From Basidiobolus meristosporus CBS 931.73 (Eukaryota; Fungi; Basidiobolomycota), in NCBI GenBank assembly GCA_002104905.1, contig MCFE01000008.1, positions 202,173-266,172 on the forward strand: a DNA stretch of 64,000 nucleotides. The letters run 5' to 3'. Under the pieces are notes generated by a model. The model saw only the letters and a program-made list of their open reading frames with translations, was not told the origin of the DNA and did not search any database. Made by a program: the position numbers and the translations under genes. This document shows, piece after piece, positions 14,090-28,617 of the stretch (positions are counted from its first letter, which is position 1; each line of letters begins with the position of its first letter).

Positions 14090-16321
14090 ATGAGTGAACC
14101 TTATGAAGACGGCGAGATAGTAACATATGAAGATACGCCATTTGCCGAGTATTTAGCTTGTAATTACTTCAAATATTTGTGTGCAGTCTCAGTTAAGAAA
14201 GTGGCTAAAAAGGGGTTTCTCTTTCGCTTTATGAATTACAGCCATCGAATGTAAAGAAGAGGTGGTTCGCGTGACAGATTTGCCTGATAAACAAGCATAT
14301 TTAAGCGAGCTGATGGAATTGACCAGCTCGTGGTTGGTTCAAAAATGGAGTGATTTTGCTGTCAGTCAACCTTCTTTCAACTCAAGAGTATAGGTCCAAA
14401 TACTTAACATTTGTGCATCTTCTGAGTAGGAATTCACCTCGGTTTCGTTGACGCCTGATCAATTCGCTCGTTTTGACGAGGAATTAAGCCACTTGGTCAA
14501 AGCCTCATACCTTCTTGCTGATTCTCCATTGATCCACTACTACCCTTTACAAAAAAACGCTCGAGATAGTGTTCAAGGTCCAACTTCACAAACGAAGTCT
14601 AAGATGGCAGGAATCTCCGTGCTCTCCATAGTTGGAACTTCGTTACTGGTACCGAAAACTCGTTCCTGGTTGAACCTAATACTTCGTGAGAAGTTTCACA
14701 TCTGGAGTAAGCCCAGTAGAAAATCACCTTGGTTATGGCTCGGCCTAGTCTCTGGGTCGTTAACAGGTGTTGGGGTAACATCAGTTTTGCTCAAACGACA
14801 GGTATGTTTACACAGATTGATCAAGCCGTAAAGATTTCTGGACGAACCCTCCTCAACAGGCCACGAAGCGAGTGCTTGCAACCCAGAAGGAGATCCTTGA
14901 GGTGTTGGAGCGATTAATCTTCGCCAGCCAAAGCATCGATATTCGTATTCACAAGTCAATGAAAATGGTTCAGGAGATTGAATTAGTCTCTAGAGGCTAT
15001 AGACTGTATCCTTTTCGTATCTTCAGCGTGCTATCAAGAGAAAATCAATAGGTCATCCTTAACTGAGGGCCAAGCTCAACCATCCTGCCACCAATATCGC
15101 GTATTGAGCAGAACTCCTCGACGCATCGGTGTTTAAATTTCCGACGTGCGCTCAATGAGATCATCAAGGATGGAGTCGAAGTGTATCGAATGTTCACGAG
15201 CCTTGTTCTAAAGAACACCAAGTCACCGGTGTACGAGCTGGCAAATAACTCCAATGCGGCCTTGGAGACTGATGAGCTAACACTCAGCTCCATCAAGCGG
15301 AGGTTTCAAATGTTCCACGAGATGCGACGCTTCGCTTTCATCGAGCTTCTCAAGGTAGAGAATCACCTGCATCCATACGCATTTGTCGCCACATGGAAAC
15401 CGCTGGTCAATGAACTGGAACACCTGATTGAGACAACCAATCAGTTGACGCTGAGGTTGACGAACGCGCAAAATTTGGAGTTCAAAGTAGAGAATATTCC
15501 GATGATGGAGCCCACGCATACCAGCTCGAAAGGCACCTCCACACAGAGTAAGGGGTTACTTCAGGGCTTAGCATTGCTGGAGCAGAATATACGAGCGATT
15601 CAGGCAAAATTATATATTTGCAGTCAAGATATCCGGGATTCCGGTGAAGGTAATGCAATGAGGGTCAAGTGTCCTTGTGTCTTACTGACCAATGACTTAG
15701 AGCTCAACAAGGATACTCTGGTGAAACAGTACCTCGCTGTCAAGCAAGACTTGAGTAATCTTACATATGAGTGGGAGCAGAGTTACGATAGGCTCATGAG
15801 AACCTTCGAGCCCCCAGCTTCAGGTAAGCCTTCATCACACCGGTTGAAAGCGCACTTGACTAAAGGCCACCAGACTCTAAGCCAACGCAGGTTATTACCC
15901 ATCCTCTGCCCCAAGAGCCACCCGAAAGTTCCAGAATAATTGTGTGGGATTCTCCATCGGAAGAGCTTGAGGTGACCGAGAGGGTATTTGAGGCGGTGTC
16001 CGGGACCGCTGAGGATGCGAAATCAGTAGAAAAGGTAGGATGGTGTTTCTGGTGATGCAGATATGGGTATTAACAAGGTGCATTGCAGAAATTAACTCGT
16101 GCTGAGCGGATCCAGATACAAAAGGCGCGTAGAGAGGACGAGGTAAGATCAGTATCCACTTCGGTTCCACTTGTATGTGCTAACTTCAAATTCGACAGAA
16201 ACAACTCAAAATGAAGCAGCGTGAGGTCTCCATGATGGTGGACGAATTAAAAGATGTCGTCAAAAGGCGTAAGCATGACAAAGGCCTAGACACCGCAGCG
16301 ACTCCCACCAACACAGATTAG
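14090..16321 (+). CDS. Vezatin-domain (VezA/Inp2-like) membrane protein, multi-exon
   Basis: N-terminal IVTYEDTPFAEYL, central hydrophobic segments, coiled coil, and C-terminal VFEAVSG..MKQREVSMMVDELKDVV match my recollection of fungal vezatin proteins. Not database-verified. Confidence 0.6.
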
Positions 16322-16442
16322 CATTTTTGACAAGTGCCGTTCGTGGTCCTGAGAGTGACTGGCAACAAGAATAAATTGTACATTACAACTTCCATTAGAA
16401 AGTTCCAAAAGAGTGGAATGCCGTCTTTGATAGATGTTTATT

Positions 16443-17225
16443 TCAGATTTGAATCGACTTCAAGTAGCTCATGCGGTATGGGTTATCTTCGGCTGGACGG
16501 TTGATAGCAGTCCATTTTGGCTCCTCTTGGAACAAGCGCATGGCAACGATGAAATCCTTGGTGTCGGAGCAGAAGCGGTGATATATGCCGGCAGGCTAAG
16601 TTTGGAGGCAATTAGCTCTGGGTGGTACCATTCCCGATTTTTAAGCTTGTGAAACAACATACCAAAACAATCATATCTCCAGCCTCCATTGCAATACGAA
16701 TCCACTTGTCACTGGTGTCTACACCACGTTTAGTATCATTCTGTCGACTTTATACAAGGTAGTGATGCTTACCTCTGATATCAAAATACCCCGAGCCTTC
16801 GAGAATATAGCGAATCTCTTCATCCTCATGAAGATGTCTGAGAAGAGTTACAAATATTAAACAAAGTCTGGTGACTGTCGCAGAAAGGAATCCACTCTTA
16901 CTCTTCAAAGAACATCTTGATCTTCTCCTCATAATTTGGCAACTTGTCAGGAGAAATGGTTACCTTGAATTTGTAAGCCATTTGTGTTAGTTTCCCAAAG
17001 CAACCTCAAATCAACAATAAATATACTACTTACCACGTCCCGATTCTTGTACTGTCTCTCTTCAGCAATCTTTTCAAGCTGTTGGCGACCTTCCTCTCCT
17101 GCTAGGCGCCAGTATAACACACCAGCTTCCTTGAGTGTTTCAAGAGATACAGGCTGGTTGGGATTGAGCTGGTGAGCTTCACGAGGATCTGCTTGGGAAT
17201 TAGTGTCGTAGTAGTAGGCGTGCAT
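16443..17225 (-). CDS. ADI1: Acireductone dioxygenase (methionine salvage)
   Basis: MHAYYYD..DPREAH; [21 protein letters not shown]; [10 protein letters not shown]. Confidence 0.93.
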
Positions 17226-17553
17226 TATTAGTGAGAAAGGCCGCTCAAAGAATTGGGAATATCAACCACCCATATATCCAGCACTGACAGAATCGAAATT
17301 TTCTTCAACTGCAACGAAGTAATAAATTTATTCCGTGGATCGGTTTAATGGTTGTCTCTGTATTTGGGAAATGGCTTCGTGTAGATGATTGGCAGGCAAC
17401 ATCGCGTGCTTCGGAACTGATCGAATGTTGGTTTATTTGGTTAGTGAATGAGTAGTGATTGTGAAGCGGTCTCGTTGGCAGTAGCCATAACGGTCTGAAA
17501 CAGAAGGTCAGTGTGATGCAGTAACAAAAATGGGTTCTATCTCATCCTGGCGT

Positions 17554-19243
17554 CTATTTGGGAAGTCTCTTGAGGGTGTGTAGCAGATAAAGTGAGCTAG
17601 TAAGCAAAGCTAGAGAGCCGCCCTGATGAGCTGCACCCAATGAGACTGGAACAACATATAGCAGGGTGGTGATGCCCAGAGTAACTTGCACAAGAGCTAC
17701 ACCCAAGACAGCATTGACAGCAGTCTTGACATGTTTAGGAAGAGGAAGTCTCTTCGAGTAGTAATACAAGGCAGTGACAGCAGCAAGCGATGTTGTAGCC
17801 TAGCGGAAATCATATGAGCGCATGAACTAAGAAATTGGCATGTTATTACTAACCAAGACGCGATGTTCGAACTGAACCGTGACTGGGTTGTCAAACATGT
17901 TACGCCATTTGCAAGAGTCACCTGGGCGAGCAAAATTCTCGGACCAAATCTCGCTGCTTTCGGGCATTAGTCTACCTCCCATCAATGGGAACTCGTTGTA
18001 GAGCATTCCAGCGTCTAGACCAGCGACGAATCCACCTAGGTGACGTTGGTTAGTTGAAGAAAATTATTTACGCTGGGATTCGTAGACTTACCAGAGAAAC
18101 TAGTCAGCAAGATGAGACCACAAAGTCCGAGAGCCGAGCGGCGCAAGAAGTTAAGTCTAGGATTATTGATACCAGCCAAGAGATGCTGTGCGCACATGTC
18201 AACTCTGCGGTCTACCGGATATGGTGAGGTGATACAACTTACCTGATTGCCTCCCTTTGCTAGTTTGGCATTACGAAGAATATCCCATCCAGTCAACAAG
18301 CAACCAACATAGAGGAAGAAGGCACTCGCTAAATGGGCTGTCAATCTGTATTGACTCACACGAGGGACTCCCTTGTTTTCAACAAGCTCATGAGCAAGTC
18401 CCGATTTTACCATATACCAACCAAGTGCTCCCTAAAATTTAGATGAATAACAATCCACCGGATAAAATAAATCACGATTGACGCACCTGGAAACCAAGCA
18501 GACCGCCCAATGCCAAAACACGTTTGGTTACGGCTCTCGACATATGTCCTTTGTAGGCGAAATAGGCGGTGGGAATGATGAAGGCAGCGCCGATAGCGCG
18601 TCCCCATAGTCTATGTGCCCACTCAAAGAAGAAAATGAACTTGAACTCATCCAGAGTCATGCCCTTCTCCTTGTTTAACCTGTATAGACGCGAAACAGTT
18701 AATCACCGCTACGGAAACCCTGAAATGAGTCACTTCCTACATTTTGTATTCGGGGAATTGTTTGTACTTCTCAAACTCCTCTTCCCACTCTGCTTGAGTG
18801 ATAGGGGGACGAACACCGGTAACCAGATTCCATTCCACAATGGAGAGACCACTCTCAGTCAGTCTGGTAACACCACCAATAACCACAATGGCAAAGACCA
18901 TGGCACCAATACCAATTAACCAGTAGCCAACAGCAGGGTGTGTACACACATCGGCCACTACTTTCGAGCTAGCGGGTGCTTTAGCGGCGACTGTGGCCAT
19001 ACTCTTGAAAAAAGAGCATTTAGGAGCACCAATAGCGGCCTTGGGAAGGCGAAGGGTGCGGGTGGCAGAGGCAAACGTTTGACGGAATATGTTGCGGTGT
19101 TGTGTGGTGAAACTTCTGCTCAAAACGCTAGGTCCCCAAGGCTTCGACGCGAGCCCGGGATTTACGTTTCGTGATAAAACGCTAAGTCTCAAAGAGGCTC
19201 TTGGGAACAAACGAGCCGTGCCTAAACATCTGAGTGCATTCAT
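17554..19243 (-). CDS. COX15: Heme A synthase, multi-exon
   Basis: GGVTRLTESGLSIVEW; EFKFIFFFEWAHRLWGR; YRLTAHL; AAHQGG; N-terminal presequence-like region. Confidence 0.96.
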
Positions 19244-20297
19244 TCTCTGTGAAAATCTGATGAATCACTGCTCACCGAACAGTGCAAGTACACAAATTAT
19301 TTTCAGCAAGGCAGAGAATCGTCGCTTTATAAACATCTCCCCGTGGAAACCGCCTCTCTTGACGAAACGGGATCGCATTATGGTTAGCGCAATGCTTTTG
19401 GGCCCCAAAAATCCAATCCCAATTACCAACACCTTTATAGCCTTATTCAGTAAAGATTGTACCAGCTTTTGTCGAACTTTCCTTCCTTGAAATAAGCCAC
19501 ATGTTCTAGATCCGCAGACTCGAAGAGGTTGAAATCGCAGATGGATTCAATTTCTCACGTTGCGTATTGTATTGATTGTGAGCTTCGGCTCCTTGACCTT
19601 TTGACAGCTTTGAATGGTCTCCGAATATGGGAAGGATGCCCTCTCTATCCGATCGGCGTAGATGCATCATGGTTCCTCTATGGCGGCCTTGGTGCCGTTC
19701 TCGAACCCATGTATCTCACCTAGACCATGGATTGTGTTGGACCCCAGACTCCCCCGTTCTTATCAATATCGGTCTAGAGCCCACGTCCTCGACTGGCCGA
19801 AATGGATCCGGCCAACTCAAAGTCGCAACTGCTGCCAGGCCAACCTTAATTCTTGCCGTACACCAAGCTGGTTATTCAGGGGAATCATGAGAAAAGATGA
19901 GCATTTAGCCGACAATGTGGGTATTTCTGTTGGAAATTTCGGGGTTTATTGAAAGCCTTGGGGAGATCACTGATTAGAAAATTCTATCCTTGGAGCACAC
20001 ATCAAAATCAGATCCCACACCTTGCGTACGGGCACTTGGTTTGGACTAAGCAGATGTACCAAGGGGAATGAGAAATGAACAGTTCCAGCCAATGATTCAA
20101 AGTATGGTCTGGTAGATTCCGGCACATATACAATCAGCGCAGTCAATACTACTTAATGCTCATATGTAATATCAACGCACAACCACAACGACAAAAAAGT
20201 GGCTTTGGCTGGAGCGTATATCAATTGCTGTACATGAATGGATGAATGGATGTTTAGTGTTACGGATGTCTACTGCCTCTAACCACACATTTTATAT

Positions 20298-23200
20298 CTA
20301 GTCTATCAACCACTCTTTACAGCGTTTTAAATATTTGGCCATCAGAACAGTGAGATCGCGCATCACAAACGCGCAAACAACGTTGTTCATGAATTCACTC
20401 ACTCGGATAAGCCTGCTCAGGACCAGAGACTGAAGTTCTCCAGGTGGCATTTGATGGAACTGCCTAATCCATCGGTCTAGTGAATACAGAGGATTGGTTA
20501 AGATTCAGGAGAGAATGGTGATGGACACCGTGTGGGCAATTACCTACGACTTGGCATGTTTGGAACAGCTTGATCAATACGTCGATATAAAGGGACACGT
20601 CGTCACTTCAAATCAAGCAGTTAGCCTCGTATCTATTAAAGCGTAAACGCTATATATATATATATATATATTTACTCACATCTTGTCACGGGAGGTTGTC
20701 ATCCTTTCAAGTGATTTCGTGATACGGTTGCCAAGGGAGAGGAACGAAGACTGGATGGGGTTGATTAATCAATGCGAATTCGTCTAGTAGGAGAAAACCC
20801 AAAATACCTGAGATTTCTTGATCGATTCAATGAACGACAGCTTCTTGGCTAGATTGTTTTGCACACTGAACAAAACGGTCTCAAAACTCTCCAACTCCTG
20901 TAATGTCGTGATGACATGTAAGCAACTGCCGGTGCAAATATATACAGACTAGCACTTACCTTCAGCATCATGGAAATCTCCGTCTCTTTCATGGATGTCA
21001 CTGGAGGGACTGTGGTCAAAGTTGGAATCTGTTGGCCCAAAGCAATTACCATGTTGTACAACGTAGCCGTGATCAGCTCGCATGCCGAGATTTTTGCTTC
21101 GATGGCGCTAAGCCGCGCCCCACTTTGGTACCTACGGTTTGAAAGATGTCGACATAAGCTTTCGGGACTTCTAGGGCCTTACTTGGATGTAGAAACCTAC
21201 CATAGACTCCGTGGGATATACATCTTGGCAGAGATAAAACCGCCATTCACCATGCTACGCTCGAAACACCGCATGAGCCAGAAAGGCTGAAGTTCAGGCC
21301 TCGGAGGTGGGCCTTCCAACAAAGAGGCACCCTGTAGTGATATTCTAGTTAATCATCCATGTTAAATAAAAGAATAGTTGGCGGTTGCCACTTTCCTCTT
21401 GTGGTTCTTCTAGCACAATATCGAACAAGGTCAGCCCCTTGTAAGGTCGGCGATTGGAATTAGTAAAATATAAGCCGGTAGGTGAAGGGTCGGATGAAAG
21501 GGCAGTTTGACTATTGTTGTATGACTTCGGCATTAATGATGAATTAGAATTTTGTACAGCTGACTTCATCATGTTGTTAGTGCCCAGCCCCATTGGTAGA
21601 GACATCTTTCTGCGAAAATTGGGCGCCAGAACTGATGATCGTGAAGCCAAGTAATCAGCGGCCAATGCTCCTTTTTGCTTCTGCGCGCTTTCGGCCTTTA
21701 GAGCAGCCATACTAGTTAATTGTATGGAGCCCCCGTTAGCACCGGGCCTGTCCCTGAGAACAGGTGTAGTGCTAGTAGGGGGCGTGGCACCAGGACGGTA
21801 TGTTATAACTGAGAGTGGAGGAGGAGGTTCTCGATTGAAGGCTGCTTTTGCGCTCGACAGCAAAGTTCCCTGGGTATCAGCATCCATATTCGTCTCCTTG
21901 GAAGTACTGTTGCTATCAGAAGGCCTAATAGCTTCAGGGGGAGGAAATTTGGGGGTTGGGGGTTTGAATGTAGCAGACTTGGGCAACTCTAGGCTGGAAT
22001 CAGGGACAAGATTTTTTGGAACCTTGTGTTCTTGAGAGGAGCCCAAAGGAGCATCGATATCAGCCTTGATCTTCGAGAAATCTAACGGAGATGGCCGATG
22101 CACGGTGGACATGCCGCCTACCTTCCTAGGCAACGAAGATGATCTCAGGGGCAGCAAGCTACCTAAACCATTGAAATCTTCATTGTCGATACAGGCTGGT
22201 TGGACTTGCAATTTGGTTTCTTGCAGATCAGGGGTTGACTGGGATTTCTCTGGCGCCAGGTAATATTCAAGGTGATCATCGTCTAAATCAGCGTCAACTT
22301 TACTATCTCGGTAGGTGCCGGCTGAATTGGTCCGTAAAATCAAAATTGGCTCAACTATCAAGAGATACTTTAGAGCTTACCAGATTGGTGAGTTTGCACG
22401 TCTGGCTTCTGTTTCGGCCTAGCGGTGGACTTGGACAACGTATTTTCGGTTGAGCCTTTTTCTAAACAACAAGGTAGCCGATTGAACCACATGCATAATC
22501 AGTAAGCGTAGTGTTGGAATATTAAACAATAAATATCTACCTTGCTCAGGCGAAAGAATAACATTAGGGCTTAATCCAGGAGGAGGAAATGGGGGTGGCG
22601 GTAAGTTGTTGAACGTTTGTCGAAGTGATTCTCGTTGCGATAACTCTGACAAAGAATATCCTCTTGATCTGCTGATCCTCTGGCTTGTTGGGCTTGCTCC
22701 TTTGTTTTGCGCAGCTAGATTTTCTGTGCTAGAAATGATGGCGGATATCTTGGGCTGAATTTTTGAGTGCAAACTATCCTGCTGCAGTGTACTACTGGAC
22801 AACTGCTTTCTCAAGACGGGATGTCCAAATGCGTCTTTCCTCTCGCGCATTCTTTCTAAAGAGGGTAACGTTCTTTCGGAAAAAGACCCTCCTCGCATTC
22901 TATGATTTTCTCCCAGTCCGTTTTTCGAGGAATTTGTGCCAAGTGGTTGCTTTGTCATAGCTGTTAGCCTTGCAGATGTAGGTGGTAACAATTGAGAGAG
23001 TGGTGAATCCGGGGCAATCAATGGCTTCTTCTGAATATTCTCCTGCGACAGTGGATATTCGGCCGATGCTTGCTTTTCTTGGAGAGAATTTGCGTCTGAG
23101 GATGGATCAAGTTGAACCCCAGCTGGGAATTGCGAGTAAGCTGAATACCTTGCACCATCCCCAGTGGTGAAATGCGTTCTATTGGGTGCTCTCAACAACG

Positions 23201-23815
23201 GGGCAGACATCTTTTTTCGCAAATTATGTAGATTAGGTATGACTTGGCTGGCGGCTGTATTCTCATCCTTTCTGATGTCTAGGGCTTGGAAAGTGGGAGA
23301 TTTGTTTGTGGCTTCTGAGAATCGAAGTGGATGTTAATTTCTACATCACAAGGCTAGCGAACATAGCCAACAAACTTACGCGCAAATGGAGAGTTGAGTC
23401 CGGAGGAACTTGAAATGGCGTTTTTGGAATTGTTTAAAAGATATATGCGATTCGTATATGTTTGATGCTTCAGAGAACCAACCGCAAACAAAGTAGCAAC
23501 ATTAGTCTATGCAAAGAAGATCTTGGAAGGTACATCCCTACTGGAAAGAAGCTTCCACAAGAAAACAACAAAGATACTCACAATCTGTCTAAGTTTCTTC
23601 CGGTTACTGGCGTTTTCAGCCTTATCCATGACCTGCGACAGCAAGTCCGCAGCCTCCTGATAAGCCAGAATGGCTTCATCCAACTTTTTCTGACTGTCTA
23701 GTTGAACAGCATCTTGTGCTTTGCTTAGTGCTATCGTCAGCAAAGTTTTGGGTGAAGTGTTAGGTTGGTTCTGTGGTATAGGGGTCGAAGTAGCTGTCTT
23801 TGTCGAGGCAGCCAT
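20298..23815 (-). CDS. MIT-domain protein with long low-complexity middle and conserved fungal C-terminal helical domain
   Basis: MIT helix pattern LTIALSKAQDAVQLD..AILAYQEAADLL; Ser/Pro-rich exons; last exon ..NVVCAFVMRDLTVLMAKYLKRCKEWLID* ends at 20298. Confidence 0.7.
20651..20671. repeat. (TA)10 microsatellite in a predicted intron
   Basis: Perfect TA dinucleotide run. Confidence 0.9.
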
Positions 23816-25930
23816 CTCAAAAGGTTATGATGGCTCGCGCCAAATATCAGCAGGCGTTAGAATTTAAGAAACGTGCTGCGGACGGGGGATTAATAGGAAA
23901 ACAGAGAAGCTGTAACAGTGTTACTAGTTGGTCGATATATTAGAAAGTATAATTAGCGTGAGCTTTACCGGAAAGACGTCAAAAAAGTAACCAAAGAATG
24001 AACTACAGTCAAGTAGCTAGTAGTAATCTGCAAGTATGGAAAGGGGCTATTAGAATAAGGAGTTCAACGTTTCAATGAATGAATTTCGACGATGCTGTTA
24101 CAAATGGTTGGATAAATTCGACCATAAACGAGGTATCAATCAGTATTTTGACGGTAACCAGAGCAACAAGTGCAATACTACAAATATGCAAAACTCAAAA
24201 AATCATAAGCTTCTGCCTCGAAAGGAAACATGACAAATAAGGGAATAATTATAGTGAATTTGCGCACAGCGAGCACCTAATAACAATTTAGGGTCGTGAG
24301 GCGGGGATGATTTCTGACACGTTCATCCTCCCTGGCTCCTGCGTGATACCCGTGATGTTGCTTTGCGACACCAAATTGTAGGATTGATGAACATCGTACC
24401 TGGCCTTTCCACGAATGGTCCACTTAATGGTTCTGTTGATTGGCGCGAGTGATGGTTTTCGTTACTCTTTGCCATGGCATCTTTGGCGAGTAAGGAACAA
24501 AAACCTGAATTTAACTGGTTCTGGCAAACGATGTCTCTGAACGAGGCGTTGCGCCATGATTGGTGGGTACTAAATTACTTACTCAGAGTGTGCAGAAGAG
24601 GAGTTGACCGCGAAATCGCACTATGAACCAGAAATAAACCATATTAAGCCATAGGTCAACTCAGGTCAGATACACACCACAGTTGTCAGGATAAATGAGA
24701 CAAGGTTCACTTAGGCTCATACGATTCCAAGTTTCTGGAGACGCTTTCTCTATTGGATCACTTCGGTTTCGATGTGTGCAATGGCTATTGGACCCGAGGC
24801 CTCAAGTATGATAATAAGAATGCATACTTGATTAGTACTTTACTTGCAAGTTTAGAGACTTATTAATCTCCGACATAGCACGCAGGGATACAATGCAACG
24901 CCTGCGTCCATCTCTAAGTGGTGCATCATTGATTAATCTCATTTTGTCCACTGCTCGCAACAAGGAAGGAATCCATACTGCTCCTCTGATGCCACCGTTT
25001 GTTTGTCTTCTCGGAATGACTGATAGGAATTAATTGAGGGGCACGCCTGAGTTTTTTAGTTGGATGCGCGCGTGCATAAATATCTTTGGTTAAAGCCACA
25101 TGAGTTCTTATTTCGGTCCATATGCAGGGTGACTCGTATCAAGAAACGAGAGTTCATCCGACACCAAGTGGTGTTAGCTCAAAGTGTCTTCTTCAAACAT
25201 CGTAAGAGAATGCCACGAGGCCCAGAGCCTTCCCCGAAATATGAAAAGGATACCAGGCGCGGAACGCACTCGTCCGGTAGCCATTCTTAGAAACGGGACT
25301 TACTCGCAAAAACCCAGCTATCCCATTTAACCTAATATTTGCACTTGTTCATGTCGTAATACATGCCAAGGGGCATGGGAGTACATGATACATCAAACAG
25401 CTTGTCAGTTCAAGCCACCTCGAAGCCAAATCCTTAACTGAATTGAATTCCTCTGTAGCGATAGTAATGGGAATTCTTAATACTGGCACAATTTTAATTA
25501 TCTCGAGCTTCAAATGGAAACTAGCTGATTTGCTCTGGTCTGTGTAGTGTTTAGCAATGTAGCAGTCGAATCTCTAATGAATTAAAGGGGTTTCGATCCA
25601 AATGATCTCTAGAAAAAGGGGAAAGAAAAATTGCTCCCCTTATCCTTCCTCCTATTGTTGATAGTGTGATTTTGAGCCGGGAGAGAGGAATTGTACTAGA
25701 TTCCTAACGATCCGATGCCTCTATTTAAAACCTGAAATTCCCCAAATATCCGTCTGCTACTCGAGTTACCTTATCTTTCGTTCGACCACTTCGGATAATT
25801 TCGTTGTTACTTCAAAGTTGATTTTACACTGGGTTCCTTAACTCATCAATTCTCAAGCAATAATTGTGAAGCGGGTCAAAGTTTTGTATATTGGTATAGA
25901 CTGTCTTACTAGAAATCCGCTATTTATAAT

Positions 25931-27746
25931 ATGTCTTCGCCGTACCCATTTTCATCACCTTCGCACTTTGTGAATGGCTCTCCCACTGCCGGAGGGCGTC
26001 CCGGTGGAAATGGACAAGATCACACCGTTGCTGGACTGAACTCCTCGGTCCCTAGTCCATATTTCTCACCATATCCATCAAATTATCAGTCATCGCCTAG
26101 CAATCCGTTTGGCGGTGTGAACTCCCCAAATAATTTCGCTCCCACGATGTCAATGAGTCTCCCGCTCCAGGATTCCTTCTACGGCAGCGCCACTCCAACA
26201 CAGTCGCCGCAGATCTACTCCCCACATGCTTCAATCATGGATTCTCCGCGTATGGCTTACCCCACAAGCCCATGGTCCCCGACCACCTCATGGGCCAGTA
26301 CCATGCTACCTACCGGAATGAACAACTCGTGGCTGGGTCTTGCGGGGATGGGCTTCCCGAGCCATCCCCGTCCTAAGCTTACCACCACGCTTTGGGAAGA
26401 TGAAAACACCGTTTGCTATCAAGTTGACGCCAAGGGGATCTGTGTTGCACGTCGACAAGGTAATTAGTTGTGACATGCCCTAGATATGCATAATATATTG
26501 ATCATAGGGATCTTTCTATTTCAGACAATGACATGGTTAACGGCACCAAGCTCTTGAATGTCACTGGGATGTCACGAGGGAAACGTGATGGTATCCTCAA
26601 GAACGAAAAAGGAAGAGTTGTTGTCAAGGTCGGAGCCATGCATTTGAAAGGAGTGTGGTAATGGCGAAGGACTAAATTTTTTCCACAAGACTACTTCTAA
26701 ACAACTGCATGTGTTACAGGATTACTTTCCAAAGAGCCAAGGCCCTGGCTGCTCAGTTCAAAATTGCTGATCTACTTTATCCATTGTTCGTGGATGACCC
26801 ATCTCCATTCCTCTACAATCCACACTGCCCTCCAAATGTAGCCTCCCAACAGATGTCTGCTCCTAGTGGAGCCCATTCTTTCATGAACTCACTTGGCCAT
26901 TCGGGTGGGGTTACTTCAAAATCTCAGATGCCATACGGAGCATCAGTTCCCCAGTTAATGAATGGGCAAGGGCTTTATTCCTCATCAGGCATATCCCATC
27001 CTCCAGTAGGGTCCAGTCCTAGCATTCAGGGCAATATGCTCTCCTCCTCCCACTCTGAGGCCCATGAAGATAATGAGACAGCCAATTCCACCCATGACTC
27101 CCCTGCAGTCAACTCCAGCTACTCCAAGTTTCCTACAAATCATTTCGTACCACCTGCAGAACCCAACAACAAAGGCCTTGATATGTCAGGGAGACACCAG
27201 TTGAACATGAAGAGAAACTATAATGAGTCTGAGGATAATTTTGGTGCCTATAATTATTCCAACCCCGGATCGATCACCAGTCCTCTGGCAAAGCCGATGG
27301 CAGCTCCTCTGGGAAGAACGTTTGCCAGCTTCCCCTCACCACTCACGCTATCTCCAAGCTCACTGCCTTCACCGTCAATTGCCCAGCCGAACCCGAACTT
27401 CCACTGTGATATATCGCCGTCGATGAACAAACGGATCAAGCTACCGGATGCCGAGCACTTCATTGCACAGGAATCAAATGGAAATAATGAGCAACAGAAC
27501 TATCTAGATTCCTCGACACAAGAGCATCGGGAGCAGAACTATGATCGTCAATTGAATCATAGTACAGCCTTGCAACAAGAGTCACTGGGATTACTCTTTG
27601 AAACATTGAGTCCACCGGAAAGTGAGAATGAGAATATCTACGAGTCTACAGATGCCCATTACGACACAGGCCGCTACGAAAGCGAAGCTGTCAACAATGA
27701 ACAGCGCTTCGCCTACCCCCAAGCCCTGAAGCAGCCTCAATCCTAA
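25931..27746 (+). CDS. APSES transcription factor, StuA/Efg1/Sok2 family
   Basis: [30 protein letters not shown]|[42 protein letters not shown]|[15 protein letters not shown]. Confidence 0.95.
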
Positions 27747-28617
27747 TCTGTGCATAATATTTGTAGAAATCCTCCCAACCTCGCCCCAGTATATCTGGAA
27801 CCATATTCAAACGAGCAGCAGGATCAATAGAGTTTTCTGTATGCGTGTACTGGAGTGCAAACTATACCCTTGAGAGAGGCAGGCTATCTCTTCAGTCAAC
27901 TCCTCTGTATTCTCCACATTAGACTCCCACTATTTCGTCACCAAGAATCCACCCACTCCCCTCATGTATAACCTAGAGTCACCCAACTTCCCGCTTTCTA
28001 GTACTACGTTCCCCATAATTTTCTTTTTACAATTATTCCAAATGGTTATCTTTTGTTCCGAACACCCGAATCATGTATTGAATGTATGTACCTATCTGTG
28101 TAGATATAAATGTCAAAGAGCACCACCCATATGCGATGATATTGGAATATTGCTGGAGAAGTGAACCCCACATCAGTTTAGATGTGTCACAATGATGCCG
28201 AATCCGTCCAAAAAGGTTGCATAAATTTTGTCAAGTGTGAAAGATCTTCTCGTGCTGGTATCCTTTTTTGGATACAACAGTGGTAGTAGGATAGCAGCTG
28301 ACGAAAGAAACTCCATCTTACAGCCGGATTTAGATGGGCCAATTGCGGTTGCTAGGGCCTATTCAATGCTTTCCATTGTGACTAATCCAATATCACCGGT
28401 GTTTATTGTACAATCCAGATTGATTCCCATATTATCGTGAATCAGATCTGCTGCACACAGTGTTTTGTTACTACCGAGGCAAATGCTGATTCACGGTGAC
28501 TACAGAGTAAGCGACAAGCTATAAAAGGGATGCCAACGGAGTCTTAAACCTTCATCCATTCAACTTGGCAAGTCCGCCTCATTTCATCGTCAGCCATTAA
28601 AGAGTAAATCCATCTCA

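Noticed and set aside
19529-19952. Overlapping short ORFs upstream of COX15
   Set aside because: No recognisable motif or consistent splice structure; compatible with chance ORFs.
23900-25900. 2-kb non-coding stretch; looked for snoRNA boxes and StuA/MCB sites
   Set aside because: No convincing C/D pair or structure. Long upstream regions are normal for developmental transcription factors, and here the region is shared by two divergent genes.
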